Counted from the stretch's first letter, positions 12,701-27,388 are shown. The stretch is DNA of 64,000 bases from Eledone cirrhosa (GCA_964016885.1 OZ024741.1:342984001-343048000), one strand, 5' to 3'. Numbers and translations: made by a program. The notes: generated by a model from the letters alone, not told the origin.

Positions 12701-15079
12701 GTGGGCTCTCTTTCGGACGAGGAGGCGAAGTCCTGCGAGAGACCGATCTCAGCTGCTGAAATAGAGGACGTGCTGAGCAAATGCGGCAGACGCAAATCTC
12801 CGGGCCTCGATGGTCTTCCATACGAACTGTATTTAAGTATGCCGGACTCGTTCTTCGATCTACTCGAAGCGGTCTACTGCAACTGGCAACAGAACGGGAG
12901 AATTCCCTGTTCTGTTACCAAGGGCGTAGTCTCGCTAGTTAGGAAGGACGAGAACAAGGGGGATGAAATAAGTAATTTTAGGCCCATAACACTGCTAAAT
13001 GCAGAGTTAAAGATTTTGGCCAAGGTGTTAACAAAGAGGTTAGCGCTTCTCGTGGGCAGCCTGGTGGGAGATGCGCAGACATGCGCCATCCCGTCCAGGC
13101 GCATTCGCAACAACCTCCATCTCATGCGATACATCATAGAGAGAGTTGGGAACAAACCCGGCTTTGGTGGGGCCCTGATCAACTTGGATCAAGATAAGGC
13201 GTTCGATAGGGTCGACCATCGTTACCTGGATGCGGTGTTAGTGGGGGAAGGTTTCGGATCCGTTTTCAGGGGCTGGATCACTGCCATCCACAGCAGCCGC
13301 ATCTGCTCTAGGGTCAAGGGGAACGGCTACCTCTTGGAGCCGTTCGAAATCACGCGGTCCATCCGACAGGGATGCCCTCTCTCTTCCCTTCTGTATGTAT
13401 TGGCCCTAGAGCCACTGCTGCGGAAGATGGAGTTGTTACAGAGCATCTCTTTGGGACCGGGATTGCGGAAAGCGGTGTCGGCCTACGCCGATGACGTGAC
13501 AGTAATGGTGTCAACCGCCTCGGAAATCGGGGCGATCGGTACCTTACTGGAGGAGTACGAAACGTTTACAGGGGCTAAGCTGAACCGGGACAAGTCAGTC
13601 GGTTTGCAACTCGGCGAGTGGAGGGACAGACCGATGGCCTCCAACGGCGTCGTCGGACGTTGGACGGAGGGCCCTGTGAAGCTGCTCGGGGTCTGGTTCG
13701 GACCAGACCTCCAGGTGGAGAAGAACTGGGGTGAGGTATCGAACAGGGTGTTTGCGCTGACGCGGAAGTAGGCTGAGTGCAAACTATCCCTGAAAGGTCG
13801 GGCGGAGTTGGCGAACGCTTATATAGCGTCCGTCATCTATTACCGCCTGACCGTCGTACCTTGCCCAAAGGAAACGCTCACCAAGATGGAGCGCGCACTC
13901 TTCCAATTCCTTTGGAAGAAGCGGGTTCCTTTGGTGAGGAGATCCATCTGCTGTCAACACCCTTCGAAAGGAGGGCTGGGGTTGCCGTGGCTGTTGATGC
14001 GCGTTAAGGCTACGGAACCTCCAGGTATTCCTCACCGGTCAACCGGTGTGGGCCCCGTTTGTGAGGCGAGCCTTTCCGAGACTCATCTCTCTCACCGAGC
14101 TGCAGTACTGGGTCAAGCAAAGACCGAGAAAACTGGGCGCCTGGCACACCGAGTGTGCCCAGGCGCTCACGGCTCTCTGGCAGGCGGACCCGGCTATCGG
14201 TGGAGACTCCACCTCGTCATTCTATAGAGGGCTGGTGGTTAGTAGGTGCGACGACGCCCTCGGACAAGCCCTAGGCATGGATGAAGACGAACTGCCTAGC
14301 CTATTCGGGAGGACATTTGTCCCGGGACCTATGGACAACTCCCAGAAGTCCCTGTCCTGGCAGTGCTACCGAGGGGCGTTGCCCATTCGAGAAATGCTCT
14401 ACAGACACGGGCGCCCGGGTAGGGACCCCTCGAAAAAATCTGTCCCAGATGCGTGCGCGACGAGGAAACCGTTTCACATGCATTGGTACACTGCTCGGGC
14501 GTTGCCGATCTGTGGGGCTATGTCGAACGACTGCTGTCACGGGTGGGACCAATCCGGTTGACCACTGAGATCCATTGTAATGATCAAGCCGCCTCCCCCC
14601 TTCAGAAATGAAGGAGAGGCGGTCTGCCTCTGTGTAATAGCCATGGTGAAAGAGGTGGTATGGTGGACACGTTTGAAAGGGCTGAGGTCGGACACCTTTC
14701 TCTCCGGCCAACAACTGGTCCTTTTCTTTAAATACCATTTTAAGAGAAGGATCAGAATAGAGGGAGAGTTGCTCTACCCCAGCAAGTTTTATGAAAGGTG
14801 GGTGAAAGTAGCGAGAATTGCCCGTGTGAATTGGCCTTCTCTCTTTATCAGCCTGTATGTGTAAAGGTGGAAGTGCAAAGGAGCACCCCCTATCTATGCT
14901 CCTAAGGAAAAGGGTTGCACACTTTTTCGGGGGAGGGGGGTGTAACCCCCAAAACGCCTCCTCCCTATTGAGGACTGTATTGTTAATTTTATATTATTTG
15001 TTTTTTACTCGTTCTTTTATGTAACCCCCCCTTGTATTTGTCGCCTTCTTTTGTGCCCTCGTGGCAAATAAATAGAAAC

Positions 15080-15111
<32 letters not shown>

Positions 15112-15120
15112 ATATCTATA
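9776..15120 (+). mobile_element. Tx1 copy 3: apparently full-length but decayed (5' UTR, ORF1, ORF2 APE-RT, 3' UTR, (ATCT)n tail)
   Basis: ORF1 pieces ~9969-11110 end in knuckle-like CYLCGGKGNPRAAC; ORF2 starts 11861 MAVLRIGCLNARGL; GDWN, SYLDR and YADD present; multiple stops and frameshifts. Confidence 0.92.
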
Positions 15121-15264
15121 TATCGCTCTACATAGCTGAATACAATAAATGTAATCTGAGTTTTTCGAATATTAATAATAATAATCGATTCGTTGCAATT
15201 ATGCGAACAGCCTCTTTAAAGCCATGTCAGTAGAATGACCTCGTCATTCTTGCTCTTGTGTTGG

Positions 15265-15317
<53 letters not shown>

Positions 15318-15625
15318 TTGTGTCTACCTATATCTTCATATATAGGTGTATCGTATGAGTATCTTACTGTTTATAGAAACACCGTTGTAGAGAAACTGAG
15401 GTTATACAAAAGCAGTTAAAACACTAAAAACAGTAATAAATTGGTTTTGCTTTGCAAAACTCTTCAGAAAGTGACTAATATCCCAGAAATCAACATAAAA
15501 AATATGAAATGAGCAAGGTTTTTTAAAATCAATTTCAGTGATTCTACCAAAATTAGCATATTTGTTTCTTGACCTTGTCTGTTTCTGTATATCAATGATA
15601 TCTACACTATGGTCCCTCTCTCTCT

Positions 15626-15685
<60 letters not shown>

Positions 15686-15692
<7 letters not shown>

Positions 15693-16390
15693 TAATATAT
15701 ATGAGTAATATATATGATGAAACAGATACCAACACATTTGTATTTATATTGCAAAAGAAAGTTAGCCAGAATGAAGAATATTAATTATTTTACCACAGTT
15801 CGTCCACATCGATTTAAAATAATAAATCGACAAAAACTAGCTGTGCTGCCAAATGGCTATGATGTTTATACATATTTAAATTTCAAAGTCAAACCTGTTC
15901 AGTAGATAAGTTTAAACCTCAAAATCCAAACATGTTTCGAGATGAATAAGTGTATAAGTGTAGGAATATCATGCCACTGCTCTCCTCAGTAAACATCCAG
16001 AGACAATTGATAAGCTTCACTTCTAAATAATTTAAAAGACTGTGTGACGCACATGGGTTCACAGATTCAAGCTAGTCTCATAACCGTACTGCTAGAAATA
16101 ACAGTCGTATATATGAGGCGAATTTCAGCTCGACGATGAGCAGTTATATTAAGTGTAATGAATTCTTTTACAATGGAATTAGCTCAAAAGGAAATATTCC
16201 TGAGCCGTGTATAAAAGTAATATATATGAGTAATATAGATGATGAAACAGATACCTTCTTTTGCAATATAAATACAGATGTGTTGGTATCTGTTTCATCA
16301 TATATATTACTCATATATATTACTTTTATACACGGCTCAGGAATATTTCTTTTTGAGCTAATTCCATTGTAAAAGAATTCATTACACTTA

Positions 16391-16395
<5 letters not shown>
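15686..16395. mobile_element. Non-coding tandem/inverted element with terminal palindrome (16145-16393) and HHR-like motif at 15924-15994 (-)
   Basis: 15686-15760 is the reverse complement of 16256-16330; minus strand GTTTA CTGAGGA GAG...CTC GAAAC AT GTT TGGAT. Confidence 0.7.
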
Positions 16396-16415
<20 letters not shown>

Positions 16416-16421
<6 letters not shown>

Positions 16422-16888
16422 ATTAAATAAATGGAAAACTATATTTATAAAACCATATTTATTTCATTATATATATTTCGGGGATATCATATTAACAATA
16501 TGCTATGCCTTCATCAGACAAAATACAATATAAACAGTTTTATAGATAAATATATTCGACATACCGTAATAAACATCAACTTCATTTGAAGAGGTTCACT
16601 CTAGCAGGTTCACTGCTAGAGTGAACCTCTTCAAATGAAGTTGATGTTTATTACGGTATGTCGAATATATTTATCTATAAAACTGTTTATATTGTATTTT
16701 GTCTGATGAAGGCATAGCATATTGTTAATATGATATCCCCGAAATATATATAATGAAATAAATATGGTTTTATAAATATAGTTTTCCATTTATTTAATAT
16801 TGTAAATATACTCCAAGTATTTGTCGAGTGCTTTTATATCAGTTATAAATATTTACTAGTTGTAACCCAACAATTTTAAATATAACTT

Positions 16889-16892
<4 letters not shown>
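16416..16892. mobile_element. Palindromic element (arms 16416-16607 and 16613-16804) with an HHR-like motif in each arm (16460-16525 -, 16695-16760 +)
   Basis: Apparently perfect inverted arms around spacer gttca; TATTTTGT CTGATGA AGGC...CCCC GAAAT ATAT ATA ATGAAATA. Confidence 0.8.
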
Positions 16893-16940
<48 letters not shown>

Positions 16941-16996
16941 CGTGTGTGGCTGTCTGTGTATATCGAAAGATACTATCTTTGTGTTCCCGTTATATA

Positions 16997-17049
<53 letters not shown>

Positions 17050-17306
17050 AAAATAACGGAGCAAAGGACTCGCGTATAATCCTGCAATTAAATAAGCTCA
17101 AAGGAAATAGTTTTCCTGGGCACTTTAAAAAAAATATATAGAGGGGAAAGACAGAAGAGTGTGTTTTTCATTACACGAATTTCAAACACCAGCGTGAAGA
17201 GAATATAAGCTACTAGAGGCATAGGAAAAACATTATAATTAAAAGTATAAATTGAAATGAGAAACCAACCTCACCTAAATCACACATGTACACACTCACC
17301 AGGAGC

Positions 17307-17374
17307 ATGTTTCGCTATTTTAGTGGCTGATGACCCACCGGGCCGTATTGGAACCCTCTAAAATGGCGAAACAT
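17307..17374 (+). ncRNA. HHR-like motif with inverted duplication of its 3' half
   Basis: atgtttcgctattttag tgg CTGATGA...ctaaaatggc GAAACAT. Confidence 0.45.
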
Positions 17375-18092
17375 TTACACAAATTGCCTTTATTTCATTT
17401 TAATAAAAAATCTGCAGACTAAAATAATGGGTCGAATGAGTTATCAATTGCACAAGGTCTATTGTGACCACTTTATTGAAATAATTGTAGTTTTGAATGA
17501 AAATAGACAGTTGTCAAGTGTTCGCAACGTCCGCATGCAGATAGAAATTTCTTCTAGTTAATTTAGATAATATTCTAGGTGCTAAAATTCTTGCAGTAAA
17601 ATTCCATACACTACTCCAAATTGAACATTTGCTGGATATTTGAAATAATTGTACAAACGCGTAGCAACATTGATATGCTAATGTTGCTACTGATATATAT
17701 ATATATATATATATATAAATATCAGTAGCAACATTAGCAAGTTATCGTTTTAGGTAATCCAGTGTGATTACTCTGTATTGTGGATAGTTTTAACGTACAG
17801 CGTTGTTTGACTCAACAAGAGGTTTCCATAGTTAGATAGCGAGTTCGCGAGAATTCCCATGCAGGTTATTCTCGGAGTAATAATAGTAAAAGATTGAAGA
17901 ATAACATGGTCAGAGGCAAACACTGTATTTAAGGTCGAGTGACGCAACTTCGAGTGATTAACGGCCTTTAGACTCACTGCATCAATGAAACAATTATTAA
18001 TACTAGAAATAAAACCCTTTTTGTACAGCCGACCATGTTATTCTTCAAACTTTCACTATATACACACACATATATATATATATATATATATC

Positions 18093-18308
18093 TCGACAGT
18101 CGATCGACTTTCGTCAAATCGAACCGAGGAAACGTATGTTTCCATTAGTCTTTCCAATTGCTAATACTATCTATCGGTCACAACTCCTGGTTGAAGGAGC
18201 AACATAAAATAAAGTGTCTTGGCCAAGGACATAACGCATCGCCTGGTCCGGGAATCGAACTCACAATCTCAAGATTGCGAATTCAATTCTCTAACCACTC
18301 AGCCACGC
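18093..18308 (-). mobile_element. tRNA-derived SINE related to 6687-6905
   Basis: Minus strand gtggctgagtggttagag...gagttcgattcccggacca. Confidence 0.8.
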
Positions 18309-18612
18309 GTGAGTGAATATATATATCTTTACAAATATATGTATGTATCTCTCTCTCTCGGTATATCTACAAACATACACCCACACACACAAATATATGT
18401 ATGTTGTATAGGACTGTATTAGAACCATATACTGCTAATGAAACGTAAGTAAACATTTTAATATTCCGATTGGTTCTATGTTATGTATTTGCAAGATATT
18501 AATAATGTTGTATCCATAAAATTATCTGTTGTAAGTGCGCTCTTATTTTGGCCTTTTGGCGCCAAATTGTCATTGAGTCGATATTTGTATATCTATAAAT
18601 TTATTTGTATGC

Positions 18613-18651
<39 letters not shown>

Positions 18652-18816
18652 GATTGGTGTTCTGAAATAGCGATGTATACTTAAATGTATGTATAGTATA
18701 TTTGGCAATATACCGTATGTTTAATTAAAAACATTTAGAAGACCATACGCTATCTGTTTTAAAGTACCGACTATGTCACTTACTTCTTTTTTTCGGCGAA
18801 AGAAGGGAGAGAAGAT

Positions 18817-18850
18817 GACAGTCGGTTTCACGCTGGTTGGCGTTCATCAG
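18817..18850 (-). ncRNA. Minimal HHR core, stem I poor
   Basis: CTGATGA ACGC CAACCA GCGT GAAAC CGACT GTC. Confidence 0.55.
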
Positions 18851-19113
18851 AGCCACGCATTCCCCTGCTTCCGCCGAAAATTATAGAAACGGGATTCTTA
18901 TAGAATTCCAGTAAAAATCAGGAATTGATTATATAGAGCGATTGCCGTTCCAGCAAAAATTAGTTATTAGGTATTAGCTCATATTGGCAAGTATTTGGCT
19001 GGTTTAAAGAGTCACTTTCGTGCCTCACATACTTGAGCTTTTTATCGGGCGATGGCAATGCTCTAATACGAGTTTGCAGCCATCATGTATACATGCACAC
19101 ACTCACATACACG

Positions 19114-19212
<99 letters not shown>

Positions 19213-19256
19213 GTATATATAAAAGAAGTGTAAGTCAACAGGTTTATTCATATTCA

Positions 19257-19313
19257 TTGTTATATATATTTCGGTGATAACTATTATCCAACAGCTATGA
19301 TCTCATCAGACAG
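19257..19313 (-). ncRNA. HHR-like motif with extended stem II
   Basis: TGT CTGATGA GATC ATAGCTGTT GGAT AATAGTTAT CACC GAAAT ATAT ATA ACA. Confidence 0.6.
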
Positions 19314-19407
19314 CTAGAATTTGGACAGAAAAAACAGATAAATATAATGATGTAATAAAGTTTACATCCTTTATTTCGATTATTTTATATGTTCAGTGAT
19401 AAAGTAT

Positions 19408-19479
<72 letters not shown>

Positions 19480-19559
19480 ACAAGAAACGGAGAATCAGTA
19501 GTGCTACGAATTAAAATTTATTAGACATATTAGAATCGTTTTTGTGACGACCAGCTCGA

Positions 19560-19599
<40 letters not shown>

Positions 19600-19701
19600 T
19601 ATGTATATATATATATATACATACATTATATATATATATATGTATATATATAGATAGATAGATACATACATTATATATATATATATATATATCTCTATAT
19701 A

Positions 19702-19890
19702 TAATTGTTTCTACTTTAGGCACAAGGCCAGCAATTACCTAGTGCATTACTGGTACTTTATTTTATCGACCCCGTAAGGATGAAAGGCAAAGTCAACCTC
19801 GGCGGGATTTGAACTCAGATCGTAAAGGGACGTAACTATGCTGGAAAGCATGGCGTCCAACCCTCTTCCGATACTGCCAATCCACCACCA
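19702..19890 (-). mobile_element. SINE family A
   Basis: Near-identical to 56659-56854. Confidence 0.88.
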
Positions 19891-19946
19891 ATCTCTCTAT
19901 ATATAATACATACATACATGTATATATATATGTATATATATATGTT

Positions 19947-20558
19947 TATGTCAGGTCACCAGTTGGTGCTACTGGTAACATGTATCCCAGTACAACCTGT
20001 CCCATGGTCGGGTCGTTGGCGACTAAACTGGCAACCCCACCAAGGTTTCTTGGTGAGGAGGGTGACTTTGGACATCCTGCAGGACTAAAAACAAAACCTG
20101 TCAAAGGGCAAAGGAGCTCTTAAGAGTCAATGGCCATCCAAAATCACCGGGAGAGATGACCCCTTAGCCTTTGTCAAGGCAGAATTCTAGGAGAAGGAAA
20201 ACTCTGATATAACACCTGCAACCCTGATGGTATCCAATGATGTTGACTTGTTCTTCTTTTTGGTAAATATCATCTTGGTTAAGAGAGTGGGACTGGCTTT
20301 GTGCAGTGCCTTTGCTCACTATAAAAGCTTCACGGCACAGGCATTGCTTTATATCTGGAGATCTCTCTGCACTTGTCGTCACATGGTACCATGGGCCCAG
20401 CACTATGTGTCAGTAATTGTCACAAGTGTAGTGTTTGTACCAGAGTTTTCAAGTCGCTGGCTGGACTAAAAAGTCACACTCGTTCAGCGCATCGGTAGGG
20501 GTTCTCCTACATGGATATAAAGTAGTGGCCGTACTCGAAAACGAGTTGGCAGCCACCA
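19947..20558 (+). mobile_element. Non-autonomous RTE-derived element, copy 1
   Basis: Near-identical to 30147-30790; 3' part encodes a KSLAGLKSH finger remnant and shares the RTE 3' stem-loop. Confidence 0.8.
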
Positions 20559-20645
20559 TATATATATGTATATATATGTATATATATACATACATATATA
20601 TTATACATACATGCATATATATATATATATATAGGTATATATATT

Positions 20646-20676
<31 letters not shown>

Positions 20677-20791
20677 CATATATATATACATATATATACC
20701 TATATATATATATGTATGTATAATATATATATACATACATACATACATACACACACACACATATATATATATATATAATATATATATATAT

Positions 20792-21425
20792 TAATTAAAA
20801 TAACAGATTAAAGTTTAAGCAAAGAATCGCTGTTTTCACCCTTAACGGGATCTTCTGAAACTAACAAAGTCAATCTGTAAACGCAGAACTGGATATTTCA
20901 AAAAACGTTGCAACCGGAGGAAGACAGGAAGACGATACTTTGGTTCGTGGTAACGTTCGCTGGCAAAGAACGGGAAAAAACGAATAATACGTCATTAATA
21001 GGAGCGGTGAAAAACAATTACGCGCAAAGACAAAACCACGTTTATGGTATAAAAGAGGTCGTAGACTAATGTTCTCTTAGGTGGTGCATAGAGACGTTCT
21101 CTGGCAATGAACGAAAAAACGAAGATAATAAGTCATATGTGGAGCGTGGAGAACAATAGCACGCAAAGACAAAACCACGTAAATGGTATAGCAGAAATCG
21201 TAGACTAAAATTCTAACTAGGAGACCAAATGAATCTCCGCTACTGAGTTAAGAACAAAGTAAATAAATACAATACAGAAGTAATAGAAACAAATAAATAC
21301 ATACACGCAAACAGATACGTACATACACAAGCATACGCAAAACCTTACCATGGGTATACAAAACCACGCACATATAAATATGTGTGTGTGTGTATGCTTG
21401 TGTACAAATAAATAAATAATTATAT
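20792..21425 (-). mobile_element. Non-coding ~700-bp HHR-bearing family X (HHR-like 20812-20862)
   Basis: Reverse complement of 39640-40235; internal ~122-bp duplication. Confidence 0.8.
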
Positions 21426-21429
21426 GTAT

Positions 21430-22936
21430 ATGTCACGGAGCACCTCCGGGATATTCCCCCATCGCCCGCCACTTTGGTGGCCCTCGACACTCCGCACGCC
21501 ATCTCACAGTCTGTGGCCTACTCCAGTGCCACGGAACACCCGCCCATCGCCTTACGGTCGAACAACGAACTATCTTCATCTTACAGACCACACTCCCCCC
21601 GGCCTGAACTCCCCACCCTTATTCCTTTAGCGTTCGACCGCCCCCTCCTCCCACAGTTATCCCCCACTAACACCACTAACACACCCCTCCTTTTCACCGC
21701 CACCCCACACTAACAATACTAACACCTCCACTCCACCCCTCATCTGACCACCCTTCCCAACTAACATACTTACATCCCTTCCCTCCCCTCTTCTCCTCCT
21801 CCCCCTCCTTATCACACGCACACACCCACCGGCACATATATACACGCGCTCACACTAAACACAGACCCTACTACCACCACTAACCCTCACCCCCACACCT
21901 CCATCCCACCACCCCGCAACTAACCTCACTAACACCCCCTAACCCCAAGCACACGCACCCACTTACACCACACACCCTCGATAGAACCACACACACCCTT
22001 CTCCCCCACTCCACCCACACCCTCGCTCCACACTCACTCATCCCACTAACACCCCTACTAATACACACACACACACACACCCTCCTCACTCCAACTTTCA
22101 CACCTACCCATCCTCGCCCCCTACCATTCCACTGACTGCTGCTGTGCCCTCTGGCCACCTCCCAGCACCAACAGACCACAGCACTCTCAGTGCTGACCAC
22201 TTCCTGTTGCGCGCGCACACCACATCTCTCCTCTTCCGACCACCACTTCATGGATTACCCACACGCAGAATTTGACTTACAAACAATCTACTAACATCCT
22301 TGGAACTTACCAACTTTTCAACCATCCTCTTGCGTAATCACCTATATAACTCACCCGCACACACACCCCCAAAAAAATGTTTTTCTCCACACGCCACCCA
22401 CACCCACACACGCTTAAACCCCACACACACGTGCTTCCACCACATATTTACACCTTCAGCCTCCTGATTACTCTCCCCCCACGCACAGACACTCCGACCC
22501 ACAAAAACATCCCCCACACACACCCCTTCCTGAACATGCAACCCCGTTTTTCCCCAACCCTTACTTTCACATACACACACACACACACACACACACGCAC
22601 ACCTACACACACACACCACCTTCAGCCCTCCCGCTCGGACACCACGTCTCCCTCTCCCCACTCCACCCGCCGCCACCCCTACTCACCCCCACCCTTCCAC
22701 CACCTGTTTACCCCCCTTTTAATTTCAGTTTATTTTGATTATGCCTTTATTTTTAAATTTTCTCATTCCTTGTATTTTGATCATGCTTTATTTTATTTTT
22801 TATCTTTATTTGTTTTTTTTCATTCGCACCGTTTCCTTTCGCTATATGTCTCCCCACCACTCCCCTACACCCCTTTTGAACTCTGTTCCCACACACTTCT
22901 CACCCGAGGAAGGGCTTATGCCCGAAACGTCGTCCC
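21430..22936 (+). mobile_element. PLE 3' fragment: GIY-YIG C-terminus, long C-rich 3' UTR, minimal HHR at 22904-22934
   Basis: Frameshifted TEHLRDI...HFGGPRHS...LTVCGL...EQRTIFILQTT...PPGLN; CCGAGGA A GGGC TTAT GCCC GAAAC GTC GTC. Confidence 0.7.
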
Positions 22937-23136
22937 NNNNNNNNNNNNNNNNNNNNNNNNNNNNNNNNNNNNNNNNNNNNNNNNNNNNNNNNNNNNNNNN
23001 NNNNNNNNNNNNNNNNNNNNNNNNNNNNNNNNNNNNNNNNNNNNNNNNNNNNNNNNNNNNNNNNNNNNNNNNNNNNNNNNNNNNNNNNNNNNNNNNNNNN
23101 NNNNNNNNNNNNNNNNNNNNNNNNNNNNNNNNNNNN
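22937..23136. other. Assembly gap (200 N)
   Basis: Run of n. Confidence 1.
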
Positions 23137-23285
23137 TATATATATATTGTATATATATATATATGTATATATATATATGTATGTATGTATACATATTTAT
23201 ATGTATGTATGTATATATGTATGTATGTATGTATGTATATATATATATATATGTATATGTATATGTATATATATATATGTATATG

Positions 23286-23316
<31 letters not shown>

Positions 23317-23355
23317 GTATGTATATATATATATATGTATGTATGTATGTATATA

Positions 23356-25404
23356 AGTCCTGTGAAAGTAGCTCTCGCAGAGCCTCCGACACTTGTGGAG
23401 GTTGCAGTGGCTATTTCGAAGCTGAACAGTGGAAGATCTCCAGGTATGGATGGCATACATGCTGAGCTCCTACAATATGGTGGTGAGAGACTCCTGCAAC
23501 GTCTTCACTCTCTGTTTGGAAGGATATGGGCTAATGAATCCGTGCCTGAGGACTGGAGAGATGCAGTAATGGTGGTCTTGTACAAGGGAAAGGGTAACAG
23601 GAATGATTGTGGGAACTACAGAGGTATATCATTGCTTTCTGTCGTGGGGAAAGTTTTATGTAGGGTGCTTCTGGACCGTCTGCTGACACACATTGCAGAT
23701 TGTGTCCTTCCTGAAAGTCAATCTGGTTTTCGTGTTGGACGCGGCACTACTGATATGATCTTCTCAGCTAGACAGCTCCAGGAGAAGTGCATTGAACAGG
23801 GCTTGGATCTGTATCAGGTTTTTGTCGATCTGACAAAGGCTTTCGATACTGTCAACAGAGATGCATTATGGAAGGTTCTCCAGAAACTTGGTTGCCCTGA
23901 TAAGTTCCTTGCTTTAGTTAGGTCTTTCCATGACGACATGAAGGCTTGGGTTAATGTCGGAGGTAACATGTCGGAGCCTATCTCAGTAAAAAATGGAGTG
24001 AAACAGGGGGATATTCCAGCACCGACCCTGTTTGCCATATACTTTGCAATGGTTTTCTGTATTGCATTCAGGAATTGCGAGCATGGTGTTTACATCCGAT
24101 ATCGAACCTCAGGCAGCATATTTAACATCAGGCGCTTTGCTGCGAAGACAAAAGTATTTACATCAGTCATAAGAGACCTCTTGTATGCAGATGATTGCGA
24201 TCTTGTAGCGCACACAGAGAGTGATATGCAGCACATTTTGAATGTATTTTCTGACGCTTGCACTGCCCTGGGTTTGACTGTCAGTCTCAAGAAAACCGTC
24301 GTCATGTACCAACCTGCACCTGGTAGGCAGTACACTGAACCAAACATCTATGTGTATGGCAAACGACTTGGAGTGGTTGATCAGTTTGTCTACCTGGGAA
24401 GCACTGTCAATCGATACGGCAACCTTGACAGTGAAATCTCACTTAGGATTAGGAAAGCAAGTGATGCTTTCGGAAAGCTAGAAAGGCGACTCTGGGGTCG
24501 GCGAGACATATGCAGGAGGACAAAGGTAAAGGTGTACAGGGCATGTGTACTCTCTTGTCTTCTTTATGCCTGCGAGACCTGGGTCACATATCGACGCCAC
24601 CTTAAGCAATTGGAGCGTTTCCATCAGATGTGTCTCAGACGGATACATGGCGTTCGCTGAGGGACCACATCAGTGATGTCGAGATTTTGGAAAGCTCTAT
24701 GTGTGACAGTATAGAAGCTCTTGTGCTTAAGCAGCGACTCCGTTGGAGTGGTCACCTTGCCAGGATGAAGGATTCTAGAATACCAAAACAACTCTTCTAT
24801 GGAGAGTTGGTTAAAGGAAAACGACCGCCACATAAACCAAAAAAGAGGTATAAGGATTCCTTGAAGGCCTCTCTGAAAGACGCTAACATCTCTGCTGATA
24901 CATGGGAAAATATTGCTGCTGATCGTAATAAATGGAGAAAGACTGTATATGAGGGAAAAGTTGCCTTTGAGGCATCTCGAATCGCACACGAGAAAGTAAA
25001 GCGGGACGTGAGGAAGGGTATTGGAAAGTAAAGCGGGACGTGAGGAAGGGTATTGCTGTTGCACTTCCAGACGGCGAGGGTCCTCCTATGTTTCTGACAT
25101 GCAGCGTCTGTGCGAGACTCTGCCTAAGCAAAGCTGGACTCGAAAGTCATCTTCGCAGTCATAAAGTAAGACCAGTGGTTGACTACCAGGCTGCTGTTGG
25201 AGATGCTACTCATCATGCTTGCCAAACATGTGGTAGAGAATGTAAATCAGCAGGAGGACTCAAGCGACATGCAAAAGTACACGAACTCCAACCACAGCCG
25301 ACTATTCCCAGTAAATGTTTTGGTTGCCGACTCTGTGCAAGACATTTTGGATCATTGGCTGGGCTAAAAAGCCACATTCGATCGCAGCACTGTTAGTTGC
25401 TATC

Positions 25405-25444
<40 letters not shown>

Positions 25445-25523
25445 GCTTATGTGCGTGCGTGTGTGTGTATATATATATGAATGTGTATATTATTATTGTT
25501 GTTGTCGTTATTATTATTATTGC

Positions 25524-25614
<91 letters not shown>

Positions 25615-25652
25615 TGCAATGGCCATACTCGATAACGAGGGGGCAGCCATCA
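23356..25652 (+). mobile_element. 5'-truncated RTE-clade LINE: RT, three C-terminal C2H2 zinc fingers, microsatellite-filled 3' UTR
   Basis: [50 protein letters not shown]; frameshift ~24655; 32-bp duplication 24992-25055. Confidence 0.92.
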
Positions 25653-25712
25653 TATATATATGTATGTATGTATATATATATATATATATATGTATGTATA
25701 TATATATGTATG

Positions 25713-25799
<87 letters not shown>

Positions 25800-25833
25800 A
25801 TATATAGTATGTATATATATATATATATGTATG

Positions 25834-25899
<66 letters not shown>

Positions 25900-25911
25900 T
25901 GTATATATATG

Positions 25912-25949
<38 letters not shown>

Positions 25950-26003
25950 TGTATATATATGTATATATATATATGTATGTATGTATATATATATATATAT
26001 ATG

Positions 26004-26051
<48 letters not shown>

Positions 26052-26164
26052 TGAATGAAACAGTTCTAGTCCTGTAGAATCTCATCTATATATATATATG
26101 TATGTATGTATGTATATATATATATATGTATGTATGTATGTATATATATATATATGTATGTATG

Positions 26165-26323
<159 letters not shown>

Positions 26324-26328
26324 GTATG

Positions 26329-26473
<145 letters not shown>

Positions 26474-26480
26474 GTATATG

Positions 26481-26599
<119 letters not shown>

Positions 26600-26600
26600 G

Positions 26601-26671
<71 letters not shown>

Positions 26672-26672
26672 G

Positions 26673-26703
<31 letters not shown>

Positions 26704-26714
26704 GTATATATATG

Positions 26715-26745
<31 letters not shown>

Positions 26746-26746
26746 G

Positions 26747-26795
<49 letters not shown>

Positions 26796-26806
26796 GTATA
26801 TATATG

Positions 26807-26935
<129 letters not shown>

Positions 26936-26996
26936 GTATATATATATATATGTATGTATGTATGTATATATATATATATATATGTATGTATGCATG

Positions 26997-27119
<123 letters not shown>

Positions 27120-27120
27120 G

Positions 27121-27195
<75 letters not shown>

Positions 27196-27212
27196 GTGTA
27201 TATATATATATG

Positions 27213-27276
<64 letters not shown>

Positions 27277-27308
27277 TGTATATATATGTATATATATATA
27301 TATATACG

Positions 27309-27341
<33 letters not shown>

Positions 27342-27388
27342 GTATATATATATATGTATGTATGTATACATATTTATATGTATGTATG

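Noticed and set aside
17677-17739. Short palindrome around a (TA)n core
   Set aside because: Probably another element terminus, but too short to assign
22377-24660. ORFs spanning the N gap
   Set aside because: Artefacts of translating through Ns; only 23356 onward is real RTE coding sequence
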